Made by a program: the position numbers and the translations under genes. A DNA stretch of 61,924 nt, counting the filler, from Collodictyon triciliatum (taxonomy: Eukaryota): assembly GCA_043381765.1 (NCBI GenBank). It is 3 parts of 3 records of this genome, joined end to end, with 100 filler letters (N's around TTAATTAATTAA, not from the genome) between each part and the next. Parts side by side here need not be neighbours in the genome. Positions count along the whole stretch, not along the records: positions 1 to 7,480 come from JBHJMP010000407.1; positions 7,581 to 35,610 come from JBHJMP010000408.1; 1 more part is not named here. One strand, given 5' to 3'. How positions within the stretch are numbered: the first letter of the stretch is position 1; every line of letters begins with the position of its first letter. Shown here piece after piece: positions 1 to 13,741 of this stretch. Under the pieces are notes generated by a model. That model had not been told where the DNA came from. It did not search any database and saw only the letters and a list, made by a program, of their open reading frames with translations.

Positions 1-129
1 TTTATTGTATTTTATTGTATTTTATTGTATTTTATTGTCCCTTTTGCGTCGGAGGCTGCAATGCCTGGCCCACTATCCAAAGCAATATTCAAAAGCATAA
101 AAAAGATAAAAAAAAAAAAAAAAACAAGA

Positions 130-187
<58 letters not shown>

Positions 188-391
188 ATACAAATGATGA
201 AAAGGATATGATTAAAGAAAAAAAGACGAAAAGAAAAGGAGGTTCCAGAGACGAACTTCTGTGGCTATTTGTGGTTATCGCCGAGAGTAACCGAACGAAA
301 CAAAAGTTTCGACCATCCTCACTTGTCTTTCATCAATACGTACCTGTCATTCACCCTTTTCCTCCTTATTTTTCTTCTTTTTGCCCTCGTA

Positions 392-2321
392 GCGAATCAG
401 AGTGCACACGCCACACCCGGAGACGCTTTCAAAGTCCGCGTTCGCAACGTCGACCTTGAAGAAACCTCGCCCAAGAAGAAGGAGCGAAGGATATCATACG
501 AGGCGTATCGGCCACAGGGCATTTTTAAGGCGAACTGGTTTCTTTTCGTTCTCATGCATTCTAAAAATATTCTGTTATTATGTATTCAGAGGTTTCTTTC
601 GTCTTTTTTTCTCTCATTCGCTCATTATTGTGATATTATTCTTCCTTAATTTGTCTACACGCTATCGTAATTTGGAGGGAATTAACGGACAAAGTTTGCT
701 TGCAAAAGGTTCTTTAAGCATTTGAATATAATACCCTCTGCGGTGGTGGGTGTTTTCTCGTGGGACGATGAGGGCGATTGGAGAATGAAGGAGTTGGCAA
801 TAAGCGGACACATCGACCAAATAAAGTTTGCTTCATTAGCTGCGCAATTCCAATGCGTGGGTCGTATCTTTTAATCTGCTTTATTTTATTATTTATTTAT
901 TTATTTATTTGGTTTACAATTCTACTTCATGGTGACTTTATCAGACGAAACATTCGATCTCGCGGAACCAAATTGGTCATTGTGCTTGTTCAGGAAAAGA
1001 AACCTCAGACTGGTTTTACTTCATAACTAAATAGCCAACATAAAAATGCATAATATGCACCGCTCAATACATCTTAATTTTGTTTGAATTCATGAACGAT
1101 ACCTAGTCACATTTCTTTTTATTAGATCCACTGTCTGAGGAGCGCTTTGCAAGTCTTAAGAAAAGATGTGATTTGGAGAACAAAGGAATCATCATTTACG
1201 GAACCTACGACCATATGCAGTCTAATTCACGGTAGTTTTTTTTTTCTCATAAATACTGCTTGCCTGCTGCAAAGAATAGACAAATATATTGACTATTTCA
1301 TTTAGTTTGGAAAAAACCGTTATTGAACATGTTCATCAGTACTACAAAGACGAGGGTCGTCGAATCAAAAAACATCGTGAATTTGTTGGCAAGAAATTGC
1401 ATCCCGCTTTGGTTTGCTTCAAACTCAAAAGAGAAAATTACTTGATATGTTTATCTGAATAGTCATTCATTTATTTGAATTAGAGGAACTCTGTATTTAA
1501 TGTGAGATTTAGAAATTCAAAAATATCAATTGCTTCAAGCATTGGCTTATGAAGTTTATTCCATAGTATGTCCGACATAACATCAAGGTTGCATTCTTTG
1601 CAGAGTGTAGACAAGAGTTTGAAAAATCTCTAAAGTCAGCCAAAAACAGATTTACTTTGCAATCAAAAAATAAATCAAACCATGTGATCTAATTTATTTA
1701 AATGTGTATTCATAAGCCATTATGTTAGATATTTCAACACGGCTTACGTATTCCTCAGAGATGTGAACGACTCGATATACTCGAAGCATGAAATTAAGAG
1801 TGTTGCTGAACTCATCCACTTTAAGGTGATTATTGATTCACATACAACTGCTGTATCTTACACTTTAGTATTTTATGCACAAACAAGATATAAGAAGCGT
1901 CATCAATTTAGGAATCAGATGAAATAATGACTGCCTTTCTTGTAACCTATAGCTTTGTCGAATGTACTTCAGCATCAAACAATCAGGCAAAGCCATCGAG
2001 CAATTCAAGAAGCATATCAAGTAATAATGAATGTTACTCTTAGAAGTTGAATATACCCGCAAGAAACTTTTTAAAAGAAAAATTACTTACTCTTAACCTT
2101 TTCTTTCTTTTTTACTCGATAAATTTAAAGTAATATAATACATTCCTTTGGGTAGGGGAAGTAAAGTTAAGAAAGTATGTATGGTCCCTTCACACACTAA
2201 CATGAACTCTTTGTTTCTTTGTTTCTTTGTTTCTTTGTTTCTTTGTTTTTTTGTTTTTTTGTTTTGTTTTTTTGTTTTTTTGTTTTTTTGTTTTTTTGTT
2301 TTTTTGTTTTTTTGTTTTTTT

Positions 2322-2360
<39 letters not shown>

Positions 2361-5300
2361 NNNNNNNNNNNNNNNNNNNNNNNNNNNNNNNNNNNNNNNN
2401 NNNNNNNNNNNNNNNNNNNNNNNNNNNNNNNNNNNNNNNNNNNNNNNNNNNNNNNNNNNNTTTTATTCTTTATTTTTATTCTTTATTTTTATTCTTTATT
2501 TTTATTCTTTATTTTTATTCTTTATTTTTATTCTTTATTTTTATTCTTTATTTTTATTCTTTGATAATCAAGATTCTACAAAAGTGAAATTGGTCAACAA
2601 GAGCTCGAGTTTCAACATTGGGAATGGACATCTAAACAGTATGTTTAAATATTTATAGTAAAATTTAAGATATACTACCCAGCGTATCGAGATATTGTAA
2701 GATATGTTTTAATAGACCAGGAATTGAATAACAGTAGAAACGAAATATAGAACGTAAACTTAATCGTATTCTGTTAAAGATATTTTGTCTTTGCTGAGCT
2801 TCTTGATACTCGTTCTGACGTCGGTTTGCTTACTGATTGGTATCAGCATCCTGGATACTTTTATCATGGTAGTCTAAAATCTTATGATTTTTAGTTTCTT
2901 TCGCAGATGTTGTCACAAGTAACCGAACGATATACATTAGACAAATAAATTTCATAATCAATACCTATTCTTTTTTTTTTAAAAAAAAAAAAAAGCTGCT
3001 GCATGCGCAGCACGGAAAAGGAGGAAAATTGCAGAAAAACTTCGCCCCAAGGCAAGAGATATAAATATGTATCTCTATACTATGGATTAAGAATAACTTT
3101 GTTTCTTATGGAACATGAGAAACATTACTATAAAAAAACACCGTTAAAAATCAACTATCGAAATATTATTTAATCACCATTTTATTTCCATGTTCTTTAC
3201 ATATTAATTTTTGAAGTAATTGTAATTTCTGACATAAACTCTTTTTCATAGAGCGATTCCAGCCAAAAAGCAAACACTGTTGTTAAGGAACAGGAAGCAC
3301 TTCTTTTTACATTTGTCGGACAAACACCAATTCGTATTGTGGAGGGGTCAGAAGGTTAGCCAGCTGTGACCATTTTAATTTGCTTTTTTTTTGATAGTAG
3401 AAAAAGATTTGCTTTTAACATTATTTTATTTACCTTTGTAGTTTTTCATATTATGATGAACGAAAAAACAAAAATTGTATTAAAAATATCACAACTCTCA
3501 ATTTTTATATCCATGCATATTTTATAATTTTTGTAAAAAAAATGTGGTAAAAGATCTATCAATTATCATTCTATTGAAGACCGAAAAGCTGCTGTGATTG
3601 AGCAAGAAAGAAACGGATATCTAGAAGGATTGGAAAGGAAGTTCAACCACTCCAAGCGCATTCTTATGCTTCTGGCTCGTGCGTCTGAACAAGTAATTGT
3701 CACCATAATCTTTAGATCTTTATTACATTCTTTAAGAAAATAACCAAATCATCGATTCAGGAACTTTGATTTTTTCTTGAATCATTTGAATATATATATT
3801 GGATACGTTTAGTTCCAAAAGCCGCCCAAAATGCAAAAAACTTTTCTCAACACGTGTGTGATGATGGCAGAAGAATATATCATCCAATTAGATTATGAGA
3901 AAGCAAAAAAGTAAAACATCTATGATGTCAACAACATTCAGATGTGATTTTAAGGCTCGCCGTTTTATTATAAACAAGACATGTATTTTCCTTGCTAACA
4001 TATCGCAAAAATTTTTGGTATTCCGTTTTTTTAAAATATTATTGTAATCAGATTGTGTGATTCTGTTTTGAAAGGGTATAAGAGAGAAAATTGGCCGACT
4101 ATTGTTCAGGTGATCTGAATTTTTCTCGTCTAGCCATTCAGGATTTTTTTTTACTGTACATTTATGTTAGTATATAACTGTAACTTCTTGACCCAATTGC
4201 TCTATGCAGACTGTTTTCAAGCTTTCTCTTGATTGTGCGTTACATCTGAGAAATGCCCGTGACTTTGCTCGGTATTCTATGGATCTGCTATCTCCTGGTG
4301 ATTCTTTTCTTGCATGAAGGATTTTTCATATCGGTGTTTACTGCCTAATATTCAATATTATCCATGATTTATTAAAACTTGCGTGCTTTTATTTTGGAAT
4401 TTCAAATCTCATATATCAATCAGCCTACAATCTACGCGTGTTTGAAAGAGAGCAGATTTATGAGAACTTTATGGAGATATTTAAGGTCCTCTCTTTTTCC
4501 TCCTTTTTACATGTTCTATTGATTCCATATGTTGATTCGTAGAGTCAAGTAACTGAAAAAACAGTGTATATATTTGATGAAATACTGTAGCCAAACGCTC
4601 CATTGGTCGCTCAGTGCCCCACCTTCATAGAGCCTATGAATATGGAACTTGAATCCTACCTTCCCTTCCGTAATATATCTTGCTTTTATATATGCATTAC
4701 ATGCTCCTACAAACTCGAAAAGAAATTAAAAAAAATCTCCAAATTTTAGTTCAATGCAGGGCACAGTTTGAAAAGCCCAGTTATCCTGTTAACTCTGAAG
4801 CTAAATTCGTCCTTTTTGTGCAATCATTCGCTCCCGGTCCCCTATCTTTGTCATCTCTATCTGTGATTTTCAACCAAGCTAACTATAATCAGGTTATAAG
4901 ATTTCAGATTTGGTGCTTTTTCTCTCTCGTCGTTTTCCCCTCCTTTAATGAAAGAGAAGAAACATCCCGCCATTTTTTTTCAAAATTGTAGTAACAGTAA
5001 TATTAATAAAATTTATTATTAATTAATTTAGACACTATCTGAGACTGACTCGATACCTACAGTTTTTGATAAAGGTACATGTTGAATACTTTGTATCCAT
5101 AGGAGAAAACAAAATCTATATTATTTAATCCATTTTGATAGCTTATCCCTGTCAAAGATCTACTTTATTCTGGTATTTCTGTATTTGACCAAATGGACTA
5201 ATGAACGTTCCAAATCAGAAATGGAATCATCTAGGACTCCTTCTGCTAAGGAACTCCTTGTACTATCCCCCAAAACTCCTCGACTATTTTCTTTTTGCAT

Positions 5301-7290
5301 TTTCGTTAAAGATTGTGTCGACTTGGAGGTATTATTGCCTCTATGCATGAAATCATATTCGTTTTCTTATTATTTTTTTTGGTGACATGGTTCTTGTTCA
5401 GATTTATAATCAATAAACAAATAAAATAAAAAAAGAGTACATATGATGTATACAGTATTTACATCATTACATAAACTACCACAGTGCTGCGGTGTAAACA
5501 TTGCAATCGGTCAGGGGAATTCATCTTTAACGGTCAAAATCCCGATTCAAAAAGGACAATCTTTGCCAGAGAATGAATATCCAAATCAATCTCTTCCTTC
5601 ACGCTTGAGAAAATTCAAAGATAGAATTACAACCAGGTTTAGTTAGTATCCCTTTCATAGATAGGCTCCGCCTTTGTGACAGTGTTCTTGCTATTTTATT
5701 CTCAATTTGATACTCATCGTTAATTTTTGTTTGTAGTTCATTATTGTCACTTGTTGATTATTTTTCTTTTCTCTTCTCTTCTCTTCTCTTCTCTTCTCTT
5801 CTCTTCTCTTCTCTTCTCTTCTCTTCTCTTCTCTTCTCTTCTCTTCTCTTCTCTTCTCTTCTCTTCTCTTCTCTTTTTGCCTACATTACTATGTACACAG
5901 TTTGTTCTTTCTGATGAATCATCTATTCTATACAACGTAGTGTTGTCCAACCACGGTCTCGCCTCCAAATTAAGTTCCTGCATGAACCACCCGCGATAAT
6001 CAACGAGGTTTATAGCTAGCTTTCACTTTTTCAATATCGATTGATTGATTCGAATTTCTTCAATTTTTTTTCTGATAAGGGAATTTAAGTATGCTAATAA
6101 ATTCCTGTTCATTTTTTAATATGCTTTTTTTAATTATGACATTTAGTCATACAAAATGGAAATAGTAGTAATGTCGAGGGAGCATCACATTCTATCTGGA
6201 AACTTAGTTATCGAGGATATAGATATTGGTGAGCGGTTGTGCTTTATTTGAATACATTTTGTTAATCGCATGGTATAGTCACAACACAGAAAACACAGAG
6301 CAGTCCCCCGAAGAAAATCATCTCGATATATTTTATGCTCCTTTTCGTATCTTTTCTGGATGTAACTTGTAAAAAATATATGTAGAATGACAATCTATCG
6401 GTGATAAGGTGTATTTCTGCTTCTTTTTTTTTTTCAGGGACACCGACTTTTTCAAGAGAAAATATAATTTTCACGGAAGATGGCGCTTCATTATCTGATT
6501 CCTTCTCGATTCCAGAGTTATCTGTGGGCACTTTTTATAAAGCGGTGGTCTTTATAAAATGTCCTCATGTATGCCAGAAGAAGATTGTAGCCCGCGTAAG
6601 ATGCTATTATTCAGTTTCTGTACTCAATTAATTAAGCCTGTAGATGCTCTGAAACAGCATCATTTCTATCTCTTTGTATATCCATATTTGAGGCTTATAT
6701 AGTTTGATTTGTTTGTTTGTTTGTTTGTTTGTTTGTTTGTTTGTTTGTTTGTTTGTTTGTTTGTTTGTTTGTTTGTTTGTTTGTTTGTTTGTTTGTTTGT
6801 TTGTTTTTTCTCTTTAAAATTAAGGCGACATACAAAACCACCGAGGAGTTTATGGAGCTGGGCGAAGAAAACCAAACACTGTCCTTTGATTTCCCATTTA
6901 ATACAAAATTCTCCTTTCTCTCTTCTTGGGCCACTCCCTCTCACGAAAATGAATCAGCAGAAAGTAATCTACATCTTGGACAGGTACTGTTATTGAACTA
7001 TTCAGAATGTGCTATTTTATATTTATGATGTGACATATTATTGCTCATATCATGCTGTTTGTCAGAAAGGAGTTAATCATATGCATCTAAATTCAAACGA
7101 ACAATTATTAGTTTGTTCGATAATAAGATTATTTTCTTTTTTTTTTCAAAATTGATCCAGGTCATAGCGAAGCCCCTCCTTTATGTAATGATTATTTACT
7201 GCCTCTTACTCCTAGGCCTCTATTCTACAACTTGAGGCAGAAAGTCATGTCCAGTATCCGATTAAACTCGTTCGTGCTGAAGTCGTAAAT
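392..7290 (+). CDS. TRAPPC11: Trafficking protein particle complex subunit 11 (Foie gras/gryzun family); multi-exon, partial at both ends
   Basis: Spliced exons read SYEAYRPQGIFKANW|FFKHLNIIPSAVVGVFSWDDEGDWRMKE, HVHQYYKDEGRRIKKHRE, IKVAFFAECRQE, EFQHWEWTSKQY and YQHPGYFYH|AAACAARKRRK, matching TRAPPC11 motifs. A possible earlier exon lies at about 50-87. The gene is cut at the contig end (7480). Confidence 0.85.
5770..5873. repeat. (CTCTT)n intronic microsatellite
   Basis: Directly visible in a TRAPPC11 intron. Confidence 0.97.
6707..6805. repeat. (TTTG)n intronic microsatellite
   Basis: Directly visible. Confidence 0.97.
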
Positions 7291-7386
7291 GTGAGCTGTG
7301 TTCATCTCCATATATGTCTTCATGATTTATTAAGAACCACATTCACTTATTTAGTCTCTCTTCTTTTTTTTTTTTACTCCTTTTTA

Positions 7387-7480
<94 letters not shown>

Positions 7481-7580
7481 NNNNNNNNNNNNNNNNNNNN
7501 NNNNNNNNNNNNNNNNNNNNNNNNTTAATTAATTAANNNNNNNNNNNNNNNNNNNNNNNNNNNNNNNNNNNNNNNNNNNN
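7481..7580. other. Artificial contig-joining spacer (N-TTAATTAATTAA-N)
   Basis: A 12-mer with stops in all six frames sits inside a 100-base N block. The genes on both sides are truncated. Confidence 0.9.
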
Positions 7581-7641
7581 GGTTATCAACAAATCCATTC
7601 TGTGTATATATGATAAATGTCTGTGAACTTGCTCAAGATAC

Positions 7642-9603
7642 CTCATTTGTCCCTTGTCCCAGCATAAAAGTAGGACAGTGAAGTTTTCGTCATATCCGAT
7701 CAAATTACGTGTATATCGGCTGGTTTCAAAAGTCTGATATTGTTGCCAATCGCTATTCGATAAATTGATATGAGAAGGGAAAAGTTAATATACCATATAT
7801 TTATAAAATACTTGTAAATAACTGCATATTCAACATCCACCATCTTGCAAAAACTGATAGGAATATATTTTTTTAAAAAAAAAAAACACGTCTTCAACAG
7901 AGTCAAGTATTTATGTCATGCAGTAACGTACCTTGATTGAAGGCGGGTCGTCTCTAATATCCTCTTAACGCTGCGGATGACTTCTTCAGAGTGGTGGAAC
8001 GCAGCACCAGTGTTCATCTTAATTGACCCCCGCAGGACCTGGACAAGATCTTGCACGCTCATGTCCACAGAGGCGCCAGTACGGTGCAGTGAATGTATGT
8101 AATGGTCCTCTGAGTCGCAAACATTTGGGATTGCATTGACTACTGGAATAACTTTAGATCCGTGCTATTATGATTGACAAAGGTTAGATCAAGAATGATC
8201 GTCAAGGCATTACTGATGGCACTCTGGCTTTAGTGGATTTATTGACGTATTCGATGGATAATAGACAAAAATAGATGATAATTAAGAAGGTGAGTTGAAG
8301 AATAAATTATGGTTACAGCTTCCTCGTGAAAAAAAATTGGGATGCATTCATTTTCTTTGGAAAAAAAAGCTGAGATTCTTACACCATGGATACAATGAGT
8401 GTACGGTGGTGAGAATACATGAACGGATATTGCGATGTCATCAGTACTTGCGTTCTCGGTTTTGTGGAAACTGTTTGGATCTGACATAGTAATGAGTATC
8501 AGCAATTAAGTCTGGGAATGTCACCCAGATTGTATGTGACTGAAGGCCACAATATATTGAAACATATGAACGTCAATAATTCTGTCTCAAATATCTACAC
8601 CAGACCTTCCATACAGATAGCCTGGCCAGGTGCCAACACATATTGCTTGACGATGGTGAGCGGTTCTTCGTCATCTCTGTAACGAACGTAACGCAGTTGC
8701 CCTTTCAGAACACGGATCCAACATTTTGTGAGGTTCCCGCAATGGTTGTGTACGGGCCTGGTTCAGGATATCGGGCATTCGTTTACAAAAAAAAAATAAA
8801 ATGATATGATAATTATGTATCAACAGAGTCTGTGGAGCAGGGCATCAAAAAAAAAAAGCGAATGAGCCTATATCACAAAATCACTGCTTACGAAGACTGG
8901 CCGGGATTCCAACAGAGCAGCAGAACTGAAAACTTCTCGTTGAGAGCAAGCATATGCCTCTGGTAGCGCTTTTCGTCAAAGTGAAAGTACTGACTCCAAT
9001 CCCTAGTTTTCGGTCATTTTCACATTATAAAAATCATTCACAAAGGTGATAAAAGAAATTCAACAAACTAACATCTGTGCAAAATGTTGCAAAAGCAAGT
9101 AGGTGCGTAGATGGAAATTAGCAAATAAGTGAAAGAAGAATACTTTAGGTTAAACTGGAAGGCCGCCATGAAAGCTTTTGTTTTTTGTACATCGCAGATG
9201 GACTGCTGCAGACCTTTGATGAACTCACTTACACTGGAGCATTTATAATTAATTTTCATCAGAAAGTTACATTTCAGGAGTACCACATAAATATATTAAA
9301 AACTGCATCTTATGTTTTAATTTCTTTTCCAAAGCCCTGAAAGAAGAAAATGAATTCAAGTGTAGTAAAACATATATGAACTCATTTCAATTTTGTAAGC
9401 TGTGAAACTTAAAGCTTTGGGTGTGTGGTTGCAGGGCGAGAAGCTTACGAGCCGTGAGAAAGATCGCCTTCGAAGAACGAAGGGTCGGCGATGCCCAGAG
9501 GTTGAATCAGGGGACTTGCAGATGGTGTCCCGGGCAATGTGGCGTCTGAACTTTGGGCACTTGCGGGCGAAGACACTTGCAGGGTAGGTGAGACCGACGA
9601 CAT
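7642..9603 (-). CDS. Cysteine dioxygenase-family protein with two tandem CDO domains; 3' end lost at the contig break
   Basis: Probable ATG at 9603. Domain 1: DWSQYFHFDEKRYQRHML..SVLLLCWNPGQSS|PVHNHCG..KCWIRVLKG..FHKTEN..SVHVFSPPY. Domain 2 follows in frame: MSVQDLVQVL..SDWQQYQTFETSRYTRNLIGYDENFTVLLLCWDKGQM. Confidence 0.85.
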
Positions 9604-10488
9604 CTTGTTCGAAACTGCTTGGTGGTGGGTTAGGCAAACACAAACTCATAAAACAAACACAAACACGGGATAGAAACACAAACACAAGCACAAACACAAG
9701 CATAAAATAGAACCAACAAACAGCAGACATATCGCAAGAAACAAGAAAGGGTGCTCTTTTTATCAGATCGCCGTGTCTGTGGTGGCGAAAAGACGCGACT
9801 GGGTTTGTTTCCTGTGGTTCTCGAAAGGTCTTTGGACACCCCGACGAGAATGGGCGTGGCGAAGGCGCCTTTTCAGCACGCGCCCGGTTGTAGGAAGTGG
9901 CTGGGCGAGAGGAAGTGAAGGACACGTATGCACGACGCAACAACGCGCCCCACCTTCCAGGAAAGGTTTTGTCCCTGGTTTTCTCAGCGCGTCGAGGCTC
10001 CTCTGTGGAATCAGGTAGAACAAAGCCCGTTCGAGAATGCTCTTCGCGCTGGTGACAAAAATATTGAAAGATAAATGCTATATGTGTCAATATTTTCTGA
10101 ATTGTGTAAAAAATTTGGACACACTTCAGGAGTGCGGGATAAGCTCGCTTGTGGGTATAAAATTCAGTCTGTCGACCTCATTATCCCACCGCGCCGACCG
10201 CTGGCGAAGAGTTATTAACGCTGTTGAAAAATACATATACATTTATTGAAATTTATCATATCAATTTTCTCATATTGTTTAATGAAGTTTTTATAGTACA
10301 AATAATTGTTTTCCGGATATAGGGATATAGGAGCATCATTGATTGTGTGATTATGATCCAGCCACAATGCTGTTCATGTGTTCCTGATGTCACAAGGGCA
10401 ACGACTCCCGCGAAAAGAAGATAACCAACAAGCGGCAAGGGCAACCTTCCACCCGAGCACTCACGCGCACTAAGTTGTAGCAACCCAT

Positions 10489-11789
10489 ATGTCCATCTTC
10501 ACACCAACCAATCAAATACGGCTCACAAATGTGGCCATCGTCCGGCTCAAGAAGGGAGGTCAGCGGTTCGAACTGGCCTGCTACCCAAACAAAGTGATCT
10601 CCTGGCGACAAGGCGTGTATGTAGAAAGCCCCGCACAACGCGATGTTTTTGTACAAATATTGATTTTTCTTTCTTTTTCTGTATTTTTTTTTCATCTCGT
10701 CGCTAATTCGCCTTTTGTTTTTTCTGCCTCTTTTACTTTCCTGATTGCTATGAATGAAGCGAGAAAGACTTAGATGAAGTCATGCAAACACCGACAATAT
10801 TTTCAAATGTGTCTAAAGGTGTTGCTGCAAAGAGAGAAGATTTGTTAAAGTGCTTTGGGACTGAGGACCAATCCAAAATATGCTTGGCGGTATGAGCAAA
10901 ACTAATCTGCAAAAGAATGATTTATACATATCGTAACAGAAAAGCAAAAAAAAATTTTTTTAATTAATCCATAAAATATATATTCAAGATTCTAGAGAAA
11001 GGAGAGCTGCAGGTTTCACAAAAGGAAAGGCAGCATCAGACTGAGGCCACCTTAAAAGACGTTGCAACGATTGTGGCTGACAAATGTATCAACCCTCAGG
11101 TTCGATGCACATTTCTCCACACTCAAAAAAAATAATTAGTACTCGTTTTTACGTATCAGGTTTTATTTCACTTTAAAAAAGTATGAATGTATTCTATTGA
11201 CGCTTTATCTTTTTCAGACAAATAGACCCCTCACGGTCACACTGATAGAGAAAGCCATGAAAGACATCCATTTTTCTGTTCACCCAACAAAAAGCGCCAA
11301 ACAACAGGCTTTTATTCATCACGTCTAATATACCGAAAGGATATTCCCAATTGCTATCACAGTTTAACATATGATTTTATACCTATGGTGTGGGTACAGG
11401 CGTTGGAAGTTATCCGGCAATTAAGGCAAAGCAACACCATCCCGATTGCTAGAGCCCAGATGAGGCTTCGTGTGGTTCTCCCAAACAAAGATGGAAAGAG
11501 AATCAAGGAAAAGCTGATGCAGGAGATTGCCGTGGTGGAGTCGGAAGATTGGAGCCAACAGTACATTCTGGTACAGTTATCCTTTTTCACTCAATGTCAG
11601 CTTCTCAATCATTTGGTACACAAAATTAATAGAGCGGGCATATATTACACAATGTTGCAGATATGTTTAGTAGACCCAGGAAACTACCGAGCTATCGATG
11701 AGTTGGTGCGTGGGGAGTCGAGAGGTCTTGGTTCTGTTGAAATTGAGAGCTTCAAAACCACCACGGATGAAGAGGAATCTGTTGAATAA
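10489..11789 (+). CDS. SBDS: Ribosome maturation protein SBDS/Sdo1, 6 exons
   Basis: [83 protein letters not shown] at 11787-11789. Confidence 0.97.
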
Positions 11790-13741
11790 ACCTAAGATAC
11801 ACTGATCACATCTGCATCGCACCTATGAACATCCTGTCCCAAAGGAAAGCAACTGGCTTGTAAGAGAAACACACGGTGAGGCACCCACCAATGAAATATC
11901 CATATAAGAGGCATATTTTGATGAAAGTCAACTATCAACCCTTGTGAATTCATCCGGCTCCAGCTTTGAGTGAAAACAAGACTCACCCAAACCTATTGGA
12001 GCCGTGCTAGAAAAAAGAATACAGTGTCTTGGAGCAGGGTGATTTTCTCCAATGGGAGTAGGAAAGGCACCTGTATAGTAAATATTTCTATATCTGGAAA
12101 ATATATTAATAGTAACTAATATAATTTCAAGTACTTTTCAAATATCTATATTAATACAATATGTAATTGAAAATATACATTTGTTGATATTCAATATCCA
12201 CAGAAGATTCTAGAGTGTTCTACAAGCTTCGCTATTCCGTTTTGGTGTTTGAATTAATAAGTGCATTCGACATATAATTCCAAAAAGGATATATTCTGAC
12301 TTTTGAGTACATTTTCAAGTAATTTTCAGAGAAATTGGACAACAATACGCTACCAGCGCTATTATTTTGTTACAAGGGGCTATTATCTGTCCTGCATGAG
12401 AAATATTGCCTGCAAACCGCAACAAAAAAAAAAAAACACTTTCTCCACATTTCTCTGTCCGAGCCATTGAATAATTAGATTTTGATTTTATCCCGTGTGT
12501 TTCCTCTCGCTCCGGCGCGCAATCTGGCCACTAAAATCCTGCCACGTCCGCCCACCACTCGCGCGCAGCAGCTTATAAATAGAAACCAACCCTATTACCC
12601 CCACGCGCCTCATTCTCAATGTTTTGTTGTCTGCCCGGATTTCTCTGCAGCACGCTCGCCAGCGGCAATTGCCTTCGAACCCTTCGATTGCACAGGATCG
12701 TTTGGGGAGGCGTGGACAAATGCCTGCTGTGAGGACGAGCCGTCCGGCCTGTTAGCTGCGAATCCAAACGCACGGTTGCAAACCTCTCTCGAAGTACCAC
12801 TTCCACGTGGCCGCCTTCTTGGAAGAAATCAATCGTTCTTCACCCGTGCCCCTCGTGTCTCGCTGTCTTCGTGTGCGCAGTGGATCGATAACCCTCAATG
12901 ACCAAGCTGGTTTTTGAGTGAAGGGGGGCTTCTTTTTTCTCTCTTCTCTCTGTTCTTTCAACCTTTCGAGAGCTATATGAAGGCGAATCCGTAAAGGCCG
13001 CCCCTCGCCCCTCTCTTTGGATGATGCTCTCTTGTAGTTCTCGCCTGTTAGTGGCCGCAATGTTGGCGCCCTTACACACCCACTGTTGCCCCTCATGTTT
13101 TCCTTGTCTCAGAACCTCACGAAGTCATTGTTGCGGGCTTATCTTGGTATGGTTCCCTGGATTTATTCCCTGGGTTCCACATATGCTTTTAATGCTCGTT
13201 TTGAGGCAAATAACTTTTTTTTTTGCTCTCCTACGATCTTATGCAAGGACATTCCCACTTTTTAGCGGAAGTAGAGGGTGCAAACACCGAGCCCCATGCT
13301 CCAAATCGTCTAGTTCTGAGATTGAGCTGAACTAGTGAATCTTTGCAGCGGAATATTTTTCTAATGCGAGAAAGCGCTGAAAATAGTAGAAACTCAAAGC
13401 ACCGACATTCATTCCATCATTGAATGGCTTACGGGTATATATTGTATCTTGAGGTGAGAACATGAGAAGAGGTCGAGTGAAGTGGAGTACGGGAGCCAGA
13501 GAGATCTCTAATTTACCCATTCAGATGGATAGACTTTAAAGGTCTATTTCCTAGTATCAAAGCAGCGTTGGGAATCTGAGATGGTTGCATAGTACTGCTG
13601 AATCATTCACTTTTCATAAGACAGTCATATTCAGTCCAATTCATGAGGACGCTGTACTCGAAATCACCCTTTCAAAACTCGAAAGAAAATTAGTTGTGGA
13701 ATAGGCATTGACTCATAACTCTTCACAACTCTGCCTTTAGG

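Noticed and set aside
15-459. Poly-Lys and other homopolymeric ORFs in the ORF track (also poly-F/Y/I/L and CDCD/ITIT frames elsewhere)
   Set aside because: They are translations of intronic homopolymers and microsatellites.
7525-7536. TTAATTAATTAA as a piggyBac TTAA site or regulatory palindrome
   Set aside because: It is isolated within Ns and repeated identically at 35655, so it is an assembly linker.
12482-13335. Overlapping 80-140 aa ORFs on both strands
   Set aside because: GC-rich promoter/5'UTR-like region with no recognisable protein features.
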